A stretch of 61,124 nt of DNA, filler included. It is 4 parts of 4 records of this genome, joined end to end, with 100 filler letters (N's around TTAATTAATTAA, not from the genome) between each part and the next. Parts side by side here need not be neighbours in the genome. Positions count along the whole stretch, not along the records: positions 29,000 to 45,140 come from SRR20825010_795; positions 45,241 to 56,743 come from SRR20825010_798; 2 more parts are not named here. One strand, written 5' to 3'. Below the pieces are notes generated by a model. It saw nothing but the letters and a program-made list of their open reading frames with translations, was not told the DNA's origin and ran no database searches. Below, piece by piece: positions 38,613 to 48,674 of the stretch. Numbering within the stretch: position 1 is the first letter of the stretch; each line of letters opens with the position of its first letter. The position numbers and the translations under genes are program-made.

Positions 38613-39230
38613 ATGAAAATCTTTGAGACCAAGACAGCGCCCAACCCACGCCGGGTAAGGATGTTCATGTCTGAAAAGGGCCTGTTGGACAAGGCCGAGT
38701 TTGTTGAGATCGATCTGCAGAAGGGTGAGAACCTGACGCCGGAGTACGCGGCCAGGAACCCGATGAAGAAAGTACCCGTGATGGAACTGGACGACGGCAC
38801 CTGCATCGCCGAAACCATGGCAATTTGCCGCTATTTCGAAGAAAGCTATCCGGATGCGCCAACCCTGCTTGGGGACACAGCATTGGAAAAAGCGCAGGTG
38901 GAACAGTGGCTGCGGTGGATCGAGTTCTCCTTTTTCCTGCCCACCGGCATGTGTTTCCAGCACACCAGCGGCTATTTCAAGGACCGCATGAACCCGATCA
39001 AGGAATGGGGTGAGGAGTGCCGCACGTCGGTGGAAAAATTCATGCACTTCCTGAACAAGCATCTGGATGGCAGGGAATACATCTGTTGCGACCGGTTCAC
39101 GGCCGCGGATATTAATGCCTTTACCACGGTGGCCTTCGCCCGTGTGGTGGATATTCGCATCAAGCCGGAGCAGGCCAACCTCCAGGCCTGGTATGATCGC
39201 ATCAAGCAACGTCCTTCCGCCCAGGTATGA
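38613..39230 (+). CDS. Glutathione S-transferase (GTT2-like)
   Basis: APNPRRV, NP..KVPV.ELDDG..I.E..AI.RY.E, FT.ADI. Confidence 0.9.
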   Translation: MKIFETKTAPNPRRVRMFMSEKGLLDKAEFVEIDLQKGENLTPEYAARNPMKKVPVMELDDGTCIAETMAICRYFEESYPDAPTLLGDTALEKAQVEQWLRWIEFSFFLPTGMCFQHTSGYFKDRMNPIKEWGEECRTSVEKFMHFLNKHLDGREYICCDRFTAADINAFTTVAFARVVDIRIKPEQANLQAWYDRIKQRPSAQV

Positions 39231-39234
39231 CCCG

Positions 39235-39843
39235 ATGACCCAACAGACCCTACTGGCCTGTGCTCTTGATAGAATCGATACCGCCAACCGTGCAGACCCC
39301 AACATCGAGCAGGTTGGCGGAATACCCTTGCCCAAGGAATACGCCTACAGCCAGCACATGACACGCTGGCTGTTTGAGCTTGAGCCGCAGCCCTCCGAAC
39401 GCATGCAGATTGCCTGCCGCGCCCAGCACATCGAGCGCTGGACTATCCCCCGTAGCGATTTCCCGGAAGGTCGCAAGGCCTATTACGAATGGCGCCAGGC
39501 CTGTGGCCGCATGCATGGCCGCCGGGCCGCCGAAATCATGGAGGAATGTGGCTACCCACAGGAAGAATGCCAGAAGGTGGAAACCATCCTGACCAAGCGG
39601 GAGTTGCGCAAGGACGCAGACACACAGTTGCTGGAAGACGTTGCCTGCATGGTCTTTCTGGAACGCTATTTCGCGGATTTCTATGAGGAAAAAGCCGATT
39701 ACGACCGGGAGAAATGGCTGCGCATTGTCCGCCGTACCTGGGGCAAGATGTCTCCGCGTGGGCATGAAGCTGCGCTGAAGCTGGCCGAAGGGATGCCGGC
39801 GCATTTGCTGGCGTTGCTGCAGGAGGCGTTGGCTGAGGATTAG
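39235..39843 (+). CDS. DUF4202 domain protein
   Basis: ID.AN..DPN, E..Y..HM, RAQHI.RW.IPR..FPEGR..Y..WR, LEDVAC.VFL, TW.KMS..G. Confidence 0.85.
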   Translation: MTQQTLLACALDRIDTANRADPNIEQVGGIPLPKEYAYSQHMTRWLFELEPQPSERMQIACRAQHIERWTIPRSDFPEGRKAYYEWRQACGRMHGRRAAEIMEECGYPQEECQKVETILTKRELRKDADTQLLEDVACMVFLERYFADFYEEKADYDREKWLRIVRRTWGKMSPRGHEAALKLAEGMPAHLLALLQEALAED

Positions 39844-39894
39844 TCCGTGCTCAACCCATGCCCGCTGACTTGTTCGAGCTTTGCGTAAGCCCTC

Positions 39895-40707
39895 CTAAAA
39901 AAACAGCTCCTGCAGTTTCTTGCCAGGTTCTTCGGCCCGCATGAAGGACTCGCCCACCAGGAAGCCGTAGATACCCCGGTTGGTCATGGTCTCCACATCG
40001 GCCCGGGTCATGATGCCACTTTCGGTGATCGTCAGGCGGTCGGCCGAAATCCGTTCATGCAGGTCGAAGGTGGTATCCAGTGAGACCTCAAAGGTGTGCA
40101 GGTTGCGGTTGTTGATGCCCACCAGCGGTGTTTTCAGGGTGAGGGCATCGTCCATTTCCTCGCCGTCGTGAACCTCGACCAGCACGTCCAGGCCAATTTC
40201 ATGGGCGATGCCTTCCAGCTCCTGCATCTGGTCCCTGGTCAGGCAGGCGGCGATCAGCAGGATGCAGTCGGCGCCAATGGCCCGGCTCTCGTAGACCTGA
40301 TACGGCGCCACCATGAAGTCCTTGCGGATGACTGGCAGGCTGCAGGCGGCGCGGGCGGCTTGGAGGTAGTCTTCATGGCCCTGGAAGAAATCCTTGTCAG
40401 TGAGTACTGACAGGCAGGCGGCACCGCCTTTTTCATAGCTTTCGGCGATGGCCTCGGGAACAAACGGATCGCGGAGAATGCCTTTGCTGGGTGAGGCTTT
40501 TTTGATCTCGGCAATGACCGCAGGCGTTTGCTGTTCGATGCGTCGGCGAAGGGCGCTCGCAAAGCCCCGCGCTGGCGGTTGATCGCCAGCCATGGCCTTC
40601 CGATCGCCAATAGAAATCCTGCGCGTACGCTCATCAATTTCCTCCCACTTCCGATCAACGATCTTTCGCAGGATGGTAGGCGTCTTGTCCAGATGTCTGT
40701 CAGTCAT
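39895..40707 (-). CDS. trpC: Indole-3-glycerol phosphate synthase
   Basis: [43 protein letters not shown]. Confidence 0.96.
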   Translation of the reverse strand: MTDRHLDKTPTILRKIVDRKWEEIDERTRRISIGDRKAMAGDQPPARGFASALRRRIEQQTPAVIAEIKKASPSKGILRDPFVPEAIAESYEKGGAACLSVLTDKDFFQGHEDYLQAARAACSLPVIRKDFMVAPYQVYESRAIGADCILLIAACLTRDQMQELEGIAHEIGLDVLVEVHDGEEMDDALTLKTPLVGINNRNLHTFEVSLDTTFDLHERISADRLTITESGIMTRADVETMTNRGIYGFLVGESFMRAEEPGKKLQELFF

Positions 40708-40720
40708 TGTCAGGCTCGTA

Positions 40721-41749
40721 TTAGAAACACTGCGAAAAGTCAGCAAGCTCGGACATCTTGCCGGCTGCCAAGCCTGAGCCCATGGCGTCCAGCGCCATCT
40801 CCACGCCTTCCGCCGTCGTCTTCGCCAGGCCTGCCACATAAATTGCTGCGCCGGCGTTCAGGGCGATAAGATCCCGCGCTTTCTCAGCCATTTCATCATG
40901 ACCACGACCGAACGCGGCACGGATCAGTTTCAGGGAGTCCTCGGCGGTATTCACCGTGAGACCGACCAGCGCCTGGCTCTTGATGCCCAGGTCTTCCGGG
41001 GTGATGTCGTACTCAGTGACTTCGCCGTTTTTCAGCTCCGCCACATGGGTGGCGCTGGCCAGGCTGATTTCGTCCAGGCCATCCTTCGAGTGCACCACCA
41101 TAATGTGTTCGGCACCCAGGCGGTGCAGAACCTCCGCCATGGGGCGACACAGCTCTTTCGTGAACACACCGATCAACTGGCGCTTGACGCTGGCCGGGTT
41201 GGTCATGGGGCCAAGGATATTGAATATGGTACGGCAACCCAGTTCCTTGCGAGGGCCAATGGCGTGTTTCATGGCGCCATGATGGACCGGGGCGAACATG
41301 AAGCCAACGCCGATCTCCTCCACGCAGCGTGCAACCTCCTCAGGCGCCATCTGCAGGTTGATACCCAGCTTTTCCAGCAGGTCCGCGCTGCCGCTCTTGG
41401 AGGACACGGCACGGTTGCCATGCTTGGCCACAAAGCCACCGGCTGCGGCGACCACAAAAGACGCCGCGGTGGATACGTTGAACAAGTTGGCACCGTCACC
41501 GCCGGTGCCCACGATATCCACCAGTGGGTCGGCGTTGACCGTCACGCGGGTGGCCAGTTCCCGCATGACTTCGGTGGCGCCGGTGATTTCGTCGATGGTT
41601 TCGCTCTTGATGCGCAGCCCCATGAGAAAGGCCCCAATCTGCGCATCGGTGGCTTCACCCTTCATGACGATGCGCATAACGTCCTTCATCTCCTCCGTGG
41701 ACAGGTCCAGGTTGGAGGCGATGCGGTTCAGTGCTTCTTTCATGTCCAT
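40721..41749 (-). CDS. trpD: Anthranilate phosphoribosyltransferase
   Basis: [41 protein letters not shown]. Confidence 0.97.
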   Translation of the reverse strand: MDMKEALNRIASNLDLSTEEMKDVMRIVMKGEATDAQIGAFLMGLRIKSETIDEITGATEVMRELATRVTVNADPLVDIVGTGGDGANLFNVSTAASFVVAAAGGFVAKHGNRAVSSKSGSADLLEKLGINLQMAPEEVARCVEEIGVGFMFAPVHHGAMKHAIGPRKELGCRTIFNILGPMTNPASVKRQLIGVFTKELCRPMAEVLHRLGAEHIMVVHSKDGLDEISLASATHVAELKNGEVTEYDITPEDLGIKSQALVGLTVNTAEDSLKLIRAAFGRGHDEMAEKARDLIALNAGAAIYVAGLAKTTAEGVEMALDAMGSGLAAGKMSELADFSQCF

Positions 41750-41760
41750 GTGGTGGCCTC

Positions 41761-42342
41761 TTATCGTGTCTTCAGAAAGTTGCGCAGCAGCTCATGGCCC
41801 TGTTCCGTCATAATAGACTCTGGATGGAACTGTACACCTTCGATGGGCAGTGTTTTGTGCCGAACACCCATTATTTCTTCCACCGAGCCATCGTCATTGC
41901 GAGTCCATGCAGTGACTTCAAGGCAATCCGGAAGGGTGTCTTTGTCGATCACCAGGCTGTGATAGCGGGTCGCCTTCAGCGGGTTGCTCAGGCCACGGAA
42001 AATGCCCTGGTCCTTATGGTAGACCGCAGATACCTTGCCGTGCATCACCTGCCCGGCGCGAATAACCTTCCCGCCGTATACCTGCCCGATGGCCTGGTGG
42101 CCGAGGCAAACGCCCAGAATCGGCAACTTGCCGGCAAAGTGGCGAATGGTGGCCATGGAAATGCCTGCCTCGTTGGGCGTGCAGGGGCCGGGAGAGACAA
42201 CGAGGCGCTCCGGTTTCAGGGCTTCGATGCCCTCCACGGTGATCTCGTCGTTGCGGTAGACATGAACATCTTCGCCCAACTCGGCCAGGTACTGCACCAC
42301 GTTGTAGGTGAAGGAGTCGTAGTTATCGATCATCAGCAACAT
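41761..42342 (-). CDS. trpG: Anthranilate synthase component II
   Basis: [32 protein letters not shown]. Confidence 0.96.
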   Translation of the reverse strand: MLLMIDNYDSFTYNVVQYLAELGEDVHVYRNDEITVEGIEALKPERLVVSPGPCTPNEAGISMATIRHFAGKLPILGVCLGHQAIGQVYGGKVIRAGQVMHGKVSAVYHKDQGIFRGLSNPLKATRYHSLVIDKDTLPDCLEVTAWTRNDDGSVEEIMGVRHKTLPIEGVQFHPESIMTEQGHELLRNFLKTR

Positions 42343-42358
42343 AATCTTATCCTCCGCC

Positions 42359-43846
42359 TCAGTGGTCGAAATCGTTGTAGGTCATGGCGACGGCGCGGAA
42401 AATCGCGCGGCCCTTGTTCATGGTTTCCTTCCACTCAAGGCGGGGCACCGAGTCGGCCACCACGCCGGCCCCTGCCTGAATATGCAGGGTGTTGTCTTTG
42501 ATTACCGCCGTGCGGATGGCAATGGCGGTATCCATGTTGCCGTTGAACGACAGGTAACCCACGGCGCCGCCATAGACACCGCGCTTCACCGGCTCCAGTT
42601 CGTCGATGATTTCCATGGCGCGAATTTTGGGGGCACCGCTCAGGGTGCCGGCGGGTAGGGTGGCGCGCAGCACGTCCAGGCAACTGGTGTTGTCCTTCAG
42701 GCGGCCGGTGACGTTAGAGACGATGTGCATCACATGGGAATAGCGCTCCACAATCATCTTGTCCGTCAGCTTTACCGTGCCGGTTTCAGACACCCGGCCA
42801 GCGTCGTTGCGGCCCAGATCGATCAGCATCAGATGCTCGGCGATTTCCTTGGGGTCGGCCAGCAGTTCCGCTTCCATGGCCCGGTCTTCGGCATCGGTGG
42901 CGCCACGCTTTCGGGTGCCGGCGATGGGGCGCACGGTGACTTCATCATCTTCCACCCGCGCCAGGATTTCCGGCGATGAGCCGACGATCTGGAAGTCTCC
43001 CAGATCCAGGAAATACATGTAGGGGGACGGGTTCAGCACCCTCAGCGAGCGATACAGGTTCAGCGGTGGTGCCTCGAATGGAATCGACATGCGTTGCGAG
43101 ATCACCGTCTGCATCACGTCGCCGTCCAGCACGTATTCCTTGATGTGGCCCACGGCCGCTTCGAATTTTTCCTGGTTGAACCCGGAGATGAAGTCGCTCT
43201 CATCCACGGTTTTACCGCGCAGATGTTCCGGTGTGCGGGGCGCGTTGGCCGTCTGCCGGTGCAAGCGGGACTCCAGGTCGTCAATTCGCTGCAGTGCCTG
43301 TTCGTAAGCACCCTCCTGATTTGGGTCGGCATGGACAATCAGGTGCAGCTTGCCGCGCAGATTGTCGAACACCACCACGTCGTCGGACACCATCAAAAGG
43401 ATGTCGGGCGTGCCGATCTTGTCCGGCGGGCAGGTGTTGCGCAGGCGCTTCTCGATGTAGCGCACGGTGTCATAACCGAAATAGCCAACCAGGCCACCAT
43501 TGAAGCGGGGCAATTCCTCCAGGTCCGGCGCGTTGAAGCGGGCCTGATAGTCTTCCACGAAGGCCAGTGGATCGTCGACCGTGGTTTCTTCGATCACCTC
43601 GTCGTCGCGGGTAATGGTGACGGTGTGATCATGGACCTTTAGAACTTCCCGGCTTGGCAGACCAATAATGGAATAGCGGCCCCACTTTTCACCGCCCTGG
43701 ACAGATTCAAACAGGTAGGAATAGGGGCCGCTGGCCAGCTTGAAATAGGTGCTCAGGGGCGTGTCCAGGTCGGCAAGGACTTCGCGGTATACGGGGATAC
43801 GATTAAAGCCGGCCTTGGCGAGCTCGGCGAATTGCTCGGGTGTCAT
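42359..43846 (-). CDS. trpE: Anthranilate synthase component I
   Basis: [53 protein letters not shown]. Confidence 0.97.
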   Translation of the reverse strand: MTPEQFAELAKAGFNRIPVYREVLADLDTPLSTYFKLASGPYSYLFESVQGGEKWGRYSIIGLPSREVLKVHDHTVTITRDDEVIEETTVDDPLAFVEDYQARFNAPDLEELPRFNGGLVGYFGYDTVRYIEKRLRNTCPPDKIGTPDILLMVSDDVVVFDNLRGKLHLIVHADPNQEGAYEQALQRIDDLESRLHRQTANAPRTPEHLRGKTVDESDFISGFNQEKFEAAVGHIKEYVLDGDVMQTVISQRMSIPFEAPPLNLYRSLRVLNPSPYMYFLDLGDFQIVGSSPEILARVEDDEVTVRPIAGTRKRGATDAEDRAMEAELLADPKEIAEHLMLIDLGRNDAGRVSETGTVKLTDKMIVERYSHVMHIVSNVTGRLKDNTSCLDVLRATLPAGTLSGAPKIRAMEIIDELEPVKRGVYGGAVGYLSFNGNMDTAIAIRTAVIKDNTLHIQAGAGVVADSVPRLEWKETMNKGRAIFRAVAMTYNDFDH

Positions 43847-43894
43847 GATAACGGTTCCTGAATCTGATCTGTATGGAGGACGTTCGGGCGGCAT

Positions 43895-43975
43895 TCAGCC
43901 GGTGCGCCATCGCCACCATCGTGTTGCGCGGGTTGTCAGTATGCCCTGCGCTGTTATCAGACTCAGTCCCTGCAC
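43895..43975 (-). CDS. trpL: Putative trp leader peptide, 26 aa: MQGLSLITAQGILTTRATRWWRWRTG
   Basis: GTG start 9 nt after SD GGGAG (43985-43989); three TGG codons within four positions; stop 48 nt upstream of the trpE ATG. Confidence 0.8.
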   Translation of the reverse strand: MQGLSLITAQGILTTRATRWWRWRTG

Positions 43976-44022
43976 GGCAGGAATCTCCCGAATTGAAGGT
44001 TTCAAATCAATATCCTGTGAGA

Positions 44023-44712
44023 TTACAAAAGCTGGGCCAGGGAATCAACAACGGCATCTGCACCGAGCGAATCCACGGGCGCCCCATAATTGTAGCCGTA
44101 GCGAACCGCCACCGAAGGAATACCCGCCGCCAGGGCCGCGCTGATGTCGGTGACCGAATCGCCCACCATCACCGTGGTGCCCCGGGTGCCGCCGAGTTCG
44201 GTCATGGCATGGATCAACGGTTGCGGGTCTGGTTTGCGCACCGGCAGGGTGTCTCCACCGATGCTGATATCGAACCAGTGTTCAATGCCCATCTGCTCGA
44301 GCAACGGTGCCACAAACTGTTCCGGCTTGTTGGTAACGATGCCCATGCGGCAGCCGTGGTCGGCAAGACGGGTCAGACATTCCTCCACGCCGTCGTAGAG
44401 CACGGCATGCTGGCCGTTAAGGTTTTCGTAGGCATGGTAGAACATCGCCAGGGCGTCATTGAACAGTGCGTCGTCCTTCGGGGTTGCCGGTTCCCAGTCC
44501 GCTTGCCCGGCAAGGGCACGCCGCACCAGCACGCTGGCGCCATTGCCCACCCATTGGCGCACATTGTCAGCGCCGGCTTTGCGGCGACCCAGCTGTTCCA
44601 GCATAGCGTCAATGGCCGCTGCCAGGTCGGGGGCGCTGTCAACCAGGGTGCCGTCCAGGTCGAACAGGGCCACTCCCGGCCAGCGTTGGCTGAACAACCC
44701 CGCCAGGCTCAT
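44023..44712 (-). CDS. gph: Phosphoglycolate phosphatase
   Basis: [24 protein letters not shown]; rpe-gph-trpE synteny. Confidence 0.92.
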   Translation of the reverse strand: MSLAGLFSQRWPGVALFDLDGTLVDSAPDLAAAIDAMLEQLGRRKAGADNVRQWVGNGASVLVRRALAGQADWEPATPKDDALFNDALAMFYHAYENLNGQHAVLYDGVEECLTRLADHGCRMGIVTNKPEQFVAPLLEQMGIEHWFDISIGGDTLPVRKPDPQPLIHAMTELGGTRGTTVMVGDSVTDISAALAAGIPSVAVRYGYNYGAPVDSLGADAVVDSLAQLL

Positions 44713-45140
44713 CGGTTCGAACTCTGCTTGGCCAGTTCCAGCTCTGCCCGCATTTTTTCGATGGTGGCTTTGTAGTCGTCAGTGTTGAAGATGGCGGAGC
44801 CGGCGACAAATGTGTCGGCGCCGGCTTCGGCGATCTCGCGGATGTTGTCGGTTTTCACGCCGCCGTCGATTTCCAGGCGAATGTTGCGACCGCTGGTATC
44901 GATGCGCTTGCGGGCTTCGCGCAGTTTGTCGAGAGTGCCTGGAATAAACTTCTGGCCGCCGAAACCAGGGTTTACGGACATCAGCAGGATCATGTCCAGC
45001 TTATCCATCACGTGATCGATGTAGTGCAGTGGCGTGGCTGGATTGAACACCAGGCCCGCCTTGCACCCGCCTTCACGAATCAACTGCAGGGAACGGTCAA
45101 TGTGATTGGAGGCTTCCGGGTGGAAGGTGATGTAGCTGGC
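44709..45140 (-). CDS. rpe: Ribulose-phosphate 3-epimerase, C-terminal part
   Basis: [32 protein letters not shown]; frame open to the contig edge. Confidence 0.95.
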   Translation of the reverse strand, partial: ASYITFHPEASNHIDRSLQLIREGGCKAGLVFNPATPLHYIDHVMDKLDMILLMSVNPGFGGQKFIPGTLDKLREARKRIDTSGRNIRLEIDGGVKTDNIREIAEAGADTFVAGSAIFNTDDYKATIEKMRAELELAKQSSNR

Positions 45141-45240
45141 NNNNNNNNNNNNNNNNNNNNNNNNNNNNNNNNNNNNNNNNNNNNTTAATTAATTAANNNN
45201 NNNNNNNNNNNNNNNNNNNNNNNNNNNNNNNNNNNNNNNN
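45141..45240. other. Artificial contig spacer
   Basis: N44-TTAATTAATTAA-N44. Confidence 0.98.
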
Positions 45241-46156
<916 letters not shown>

Positions 46157-46193
46157 CTAAATCTCCTTAAGAGAAAACATCCAAGAAGAAAAC

Positions 46194-47408
46194 TCACGAT
46201 TTCAATAGTATCCGAAAGGTCGTTCCCACGTTTAGTTCCGAAGATTTGATAAAAATCCTTCCTCCGTGATAGTTTTCAACGATCCTTTTGGCCAAAGCCA
46301 AACCCAATCCCCATCCTCTCTTTTTGGTGCTAAAACCCGGCTTGAAAATCTGGTTCATGTTTGATGACGAAATCCCTTTCCCATTGTCCGTAACGTCTAT
46401 GGCCACATTGCCTTCATTCGCCTGTAGGATTTTTATTTTGATTTTACCCTTTCCTTCCATGGCATCCACAGCATTTTTGACCAGATTTTCTACCACCCAC
46501 GCAAACAGCGACCCGTTAAGCTGTGCCCGAATATCTGGTGATGGAAATGTTTCTATGTCGATGGAAACTTTTGTGGAAATGCGCTTTTCGAGATAAGTGG
46601 TCACATCCTGAACGCGCTCTAATACGTTTTCGCTTTTGAGATGTGGGGTGCTACCAATATTGGAAAAGCGCTCGGTGATCATTTTCAGACGATCCACATC
46701 CTTATTTAACTCATCAAAAATTTCAATATCCTTGGGATAAGTCATTTTAAAATACTCCACCCAGGCCATTAAAGAAGACAAAGGTGTTCCTAACTGATGT
46801 GCGGTTTCTTTGGCCAGACCGACCCAAACACGGTTTTGCTCCGCTGTTCGGGAATAGTTAAAAATCGCAAAGGTGATGAGCCCGAAAATGGCTATGATGG
46901 ATAGCTGAACATACGGGTAATATTTCAGCTGAATCAATAAGGAAGAATTTCGATAATAGATATACTTGTAGCCGTACACCCGGTTTTCATGGTCATTGAG
47001 TGTGACAATTAAAGGTTCCCTTTCGGATTTCATATTTGCGATTTCCTCAACTAAATAATTCCGTCGCTCCTTCTGGCCTTCAATTTTATCTGCCTTTGGC
47101 ACGTTTTTATAAAACTCGGGATTCCCATTTTGATCAGTGAGAATTACCGGAATGGTGGTGTTGGCCTGGATCACGCGCTCCAGAATGAGCATGAGGTTCA
47201 CCGCATCGTTTTCGTTGGCCAGGTATTCCAGCGTACTGGCATAGAGGTCAATTTGTTTTTTTTCGCGTTCGCGGATTTTTTTCACCAGGCCATTGGTATA
47301 GATCACCGATCCGGCACTGATAATGACGGAAACCGCCAAAACGACCCACTTGAATCCTGTTCTGCTGGAATATAAACTAATACCTTTCGACTCCTTGAAC
47401 TTTGCCAC
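46194..47408 (-). CDS. Membrane sensor histidine kinase (PorY-like)
   Basis: Two TM helices; H-box VW.GLAKETAHQLGTP; N box ENLVKNA; D.GKG; GFSTKKRGWGLGL. Confidence 0.88.
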   Translation of the reverse strand: MAKFKESKGISLYSSRTGFKWVVLAVSVIISAGSVIYTNGLVKKIREREKKQIDLYASTLEYLANENDAVNLMLILERVIQANTTIPVILTDQNGNPEFYKNVPKADKIEGQKERRNYLVEEIANMKSEREPLIVTLNDHENRVYGYKYIYYRNSSLLIQLKYYPYVQLSIIAIFGLITFAIFNYSRTAEQNRVWVGLAKETAHQLGTPLSSLMAWVEYFKMTYPKDIEIFDELNKDVDRLKMITERFSNIGSTPHLKSENVLERVQDVTTYLEKRISTKVSIDIETFPSPDIRAQLNGSLFAWVVENLVKNAVDAMEGKGKIKIKILQANEGNVAIDVTDNGKGISSSNMNQIFKPGFSTKKRGWGLGLALAKRIVENYHGGRIFIKSSELNVGTTFRILLKS

Positions 47409-47597
47409 TCAGCCTTGTTTTGATTCGTAATTTAGCGATTGTGACTAAAACGGATTGTCCTCATTTTGAGAAGATTTGATAGTTTTAACTTTCAGTTTCG
47501 AACGAACACATGAAACGAGCATGATTCCCAAAACACCAACCGAATGATGCGCGTTGATCATGCGAATTCCATGTAACCGTTGAAATTATAAACACAC

Positions 47598-48344
47598 ATG
47601 AAACCACTTCTGCGGATTTATTCCATTTATGTCTACCTCATTTTCATTGTGGCGTTCATCCTTTTTATCCCAATCATCCTCTTGCTATCACAAAAAAGAA
47701 GCCTTCATCAAACTGCCCTGAAGGTCAATACGTACTGGTCCCGGTTCTTCTTTCATCTGATTTTTATTCCGGTGCGCTACACTTTCGAGGAGAAGCTGGA
47801 CAAAAAAAAGAACTATATCCTATGCTCCAATCACTTTTCGTATCTCGACATACCCGTGGTAGCCGGATTGCCCCTGCCGTTCAAATTCATTGGTAAAAGT
47901 TCGATTGCCCGTGTTCCCATTTTTGGTTACATGTTTAAAAAGCTACATATCACCGTGAATAGGGAAAATGTAAAAAGCCGGGGTGAGAGCTTAAGACGGT
48001 CACTGGAGGCTTTGCAAAATGATTTTAATGTCTTTTTTTTCCCGGAAGGGGGCATTCTCACCAAGACACCTCCGGAAATGGTGAGTTTCAAAGACGGGGC
48101 TTTCCGATTGGCTCTCGAACAGTCCGTACCTATCGTGCCGGTGACATTGCCTGATAATTACAAAATTCTGCCCGATGACGATTCCTACTTATTCAGGCTC
48201 AAAAAATGCCGTGTGATCATTCACAAACCCATCCATCCCCAGGAGTATGGAAACGACATTGAGCGTCTAAAAGCGGCAGTCAGAAAAGTGATTGAAGCAG
48301 AACTATTGAAGCATCGTTCGGAAATTGTCGGTGCTGTTGGCTAA
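47598..48344 (+). CDS. 1-acyl-sn-glycerol-3-phosphate acyltransferase (PlsC family)
   Basis: NHFSYLD (HX4D), FFPEG, FKDGAF, PIVPV. Confidence 0.9.
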   Translation: MKPLLRIYSIYVYLIFIVAFILFIPIILLLSQKRSLHQTALKVNTYWSRFFFHLIFIPVRYTFEEKLDKKKNYILCSNHFSYLDIPVVAGLPLPFKFIGKSSIARVPIFGYMFKKLHITVNRENVKSRGESLRRSLEALQNDFNVFFFPEGGILTKTPPEMVSFKDGAFRLALEQSVPIVPVTLPDNYKILPDDDSYLFRLKKCRVIIHKPIHPQEYGNDIERLKAAVRKVIEAELLKHRSEIVGAVG

Positions 48345-48380
48345 TATTGCGGATAATATAAGGAGCAAGACATACGCAGC

Positions 48381-48668
48381 ATGCAAATAGACAAGGAAAC
48401 CTTGCAGAAAATAGCCCACCTGGCACGACTGGATTTGGATCCTTCCAAAGAGGCTCAAATGAAAACGGATTTAGAAGAAATTCTGGATTGGGTGGAAAAG
48501 CTAAACGAATTGGATACGGACGGAATAGAACCACTGACGAACATGTCTTTTGAGGTGAACTCCTTTCGTGAGGACAAAATCGTGGAGCCACTGTCACAGG
48601 AGCGAGGCTTGCGAAATGCACCGGATCGGGATGGTGACTACTTCAAGGTGCCTAAAGTGTTGGAATAA
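48381..48668 (+). CDS. gatC: Asp/Glu-tRNA amidotransferase subunit C
   Basis: IAHLARL, IL..VEKL.ELDT..IEP, RED, NAP….YFKVPKV. Confidence 0.93.
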   Translation: MQIDKETLQKIAHLARLDLDPSKEAQMKTDLEEILDWVEKLNELDTDGIEPLTNMSFEVNSFREDKIVEPLSQERGLRNAPDRDGDYFKVPKVLE

Positions 48669-48674
48669 TCCGTC

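Noticed and set aside
40708-40839. Trp/Arg-rich N-terminal extension of TrpC ([17 protein letters not shown]…) as a leader peptide
   Set aside because: Alternative frame of the trpD 3' end; the true trpC start is 40707
40898-41962. 354-aa ORF opposite trpD/trpG (likewise 33361-34227, 35707-36372, 41731-42501, 43873-44775)
   Set aside because: Antisense shadows of well-supported genes
29000-45140. GC-rich block as a genomic island in a Bacteroidota genome
   Set aside because: Bounded by assembly spacers, carries housekeeping genes, no integrase or att sites; it is a different organism
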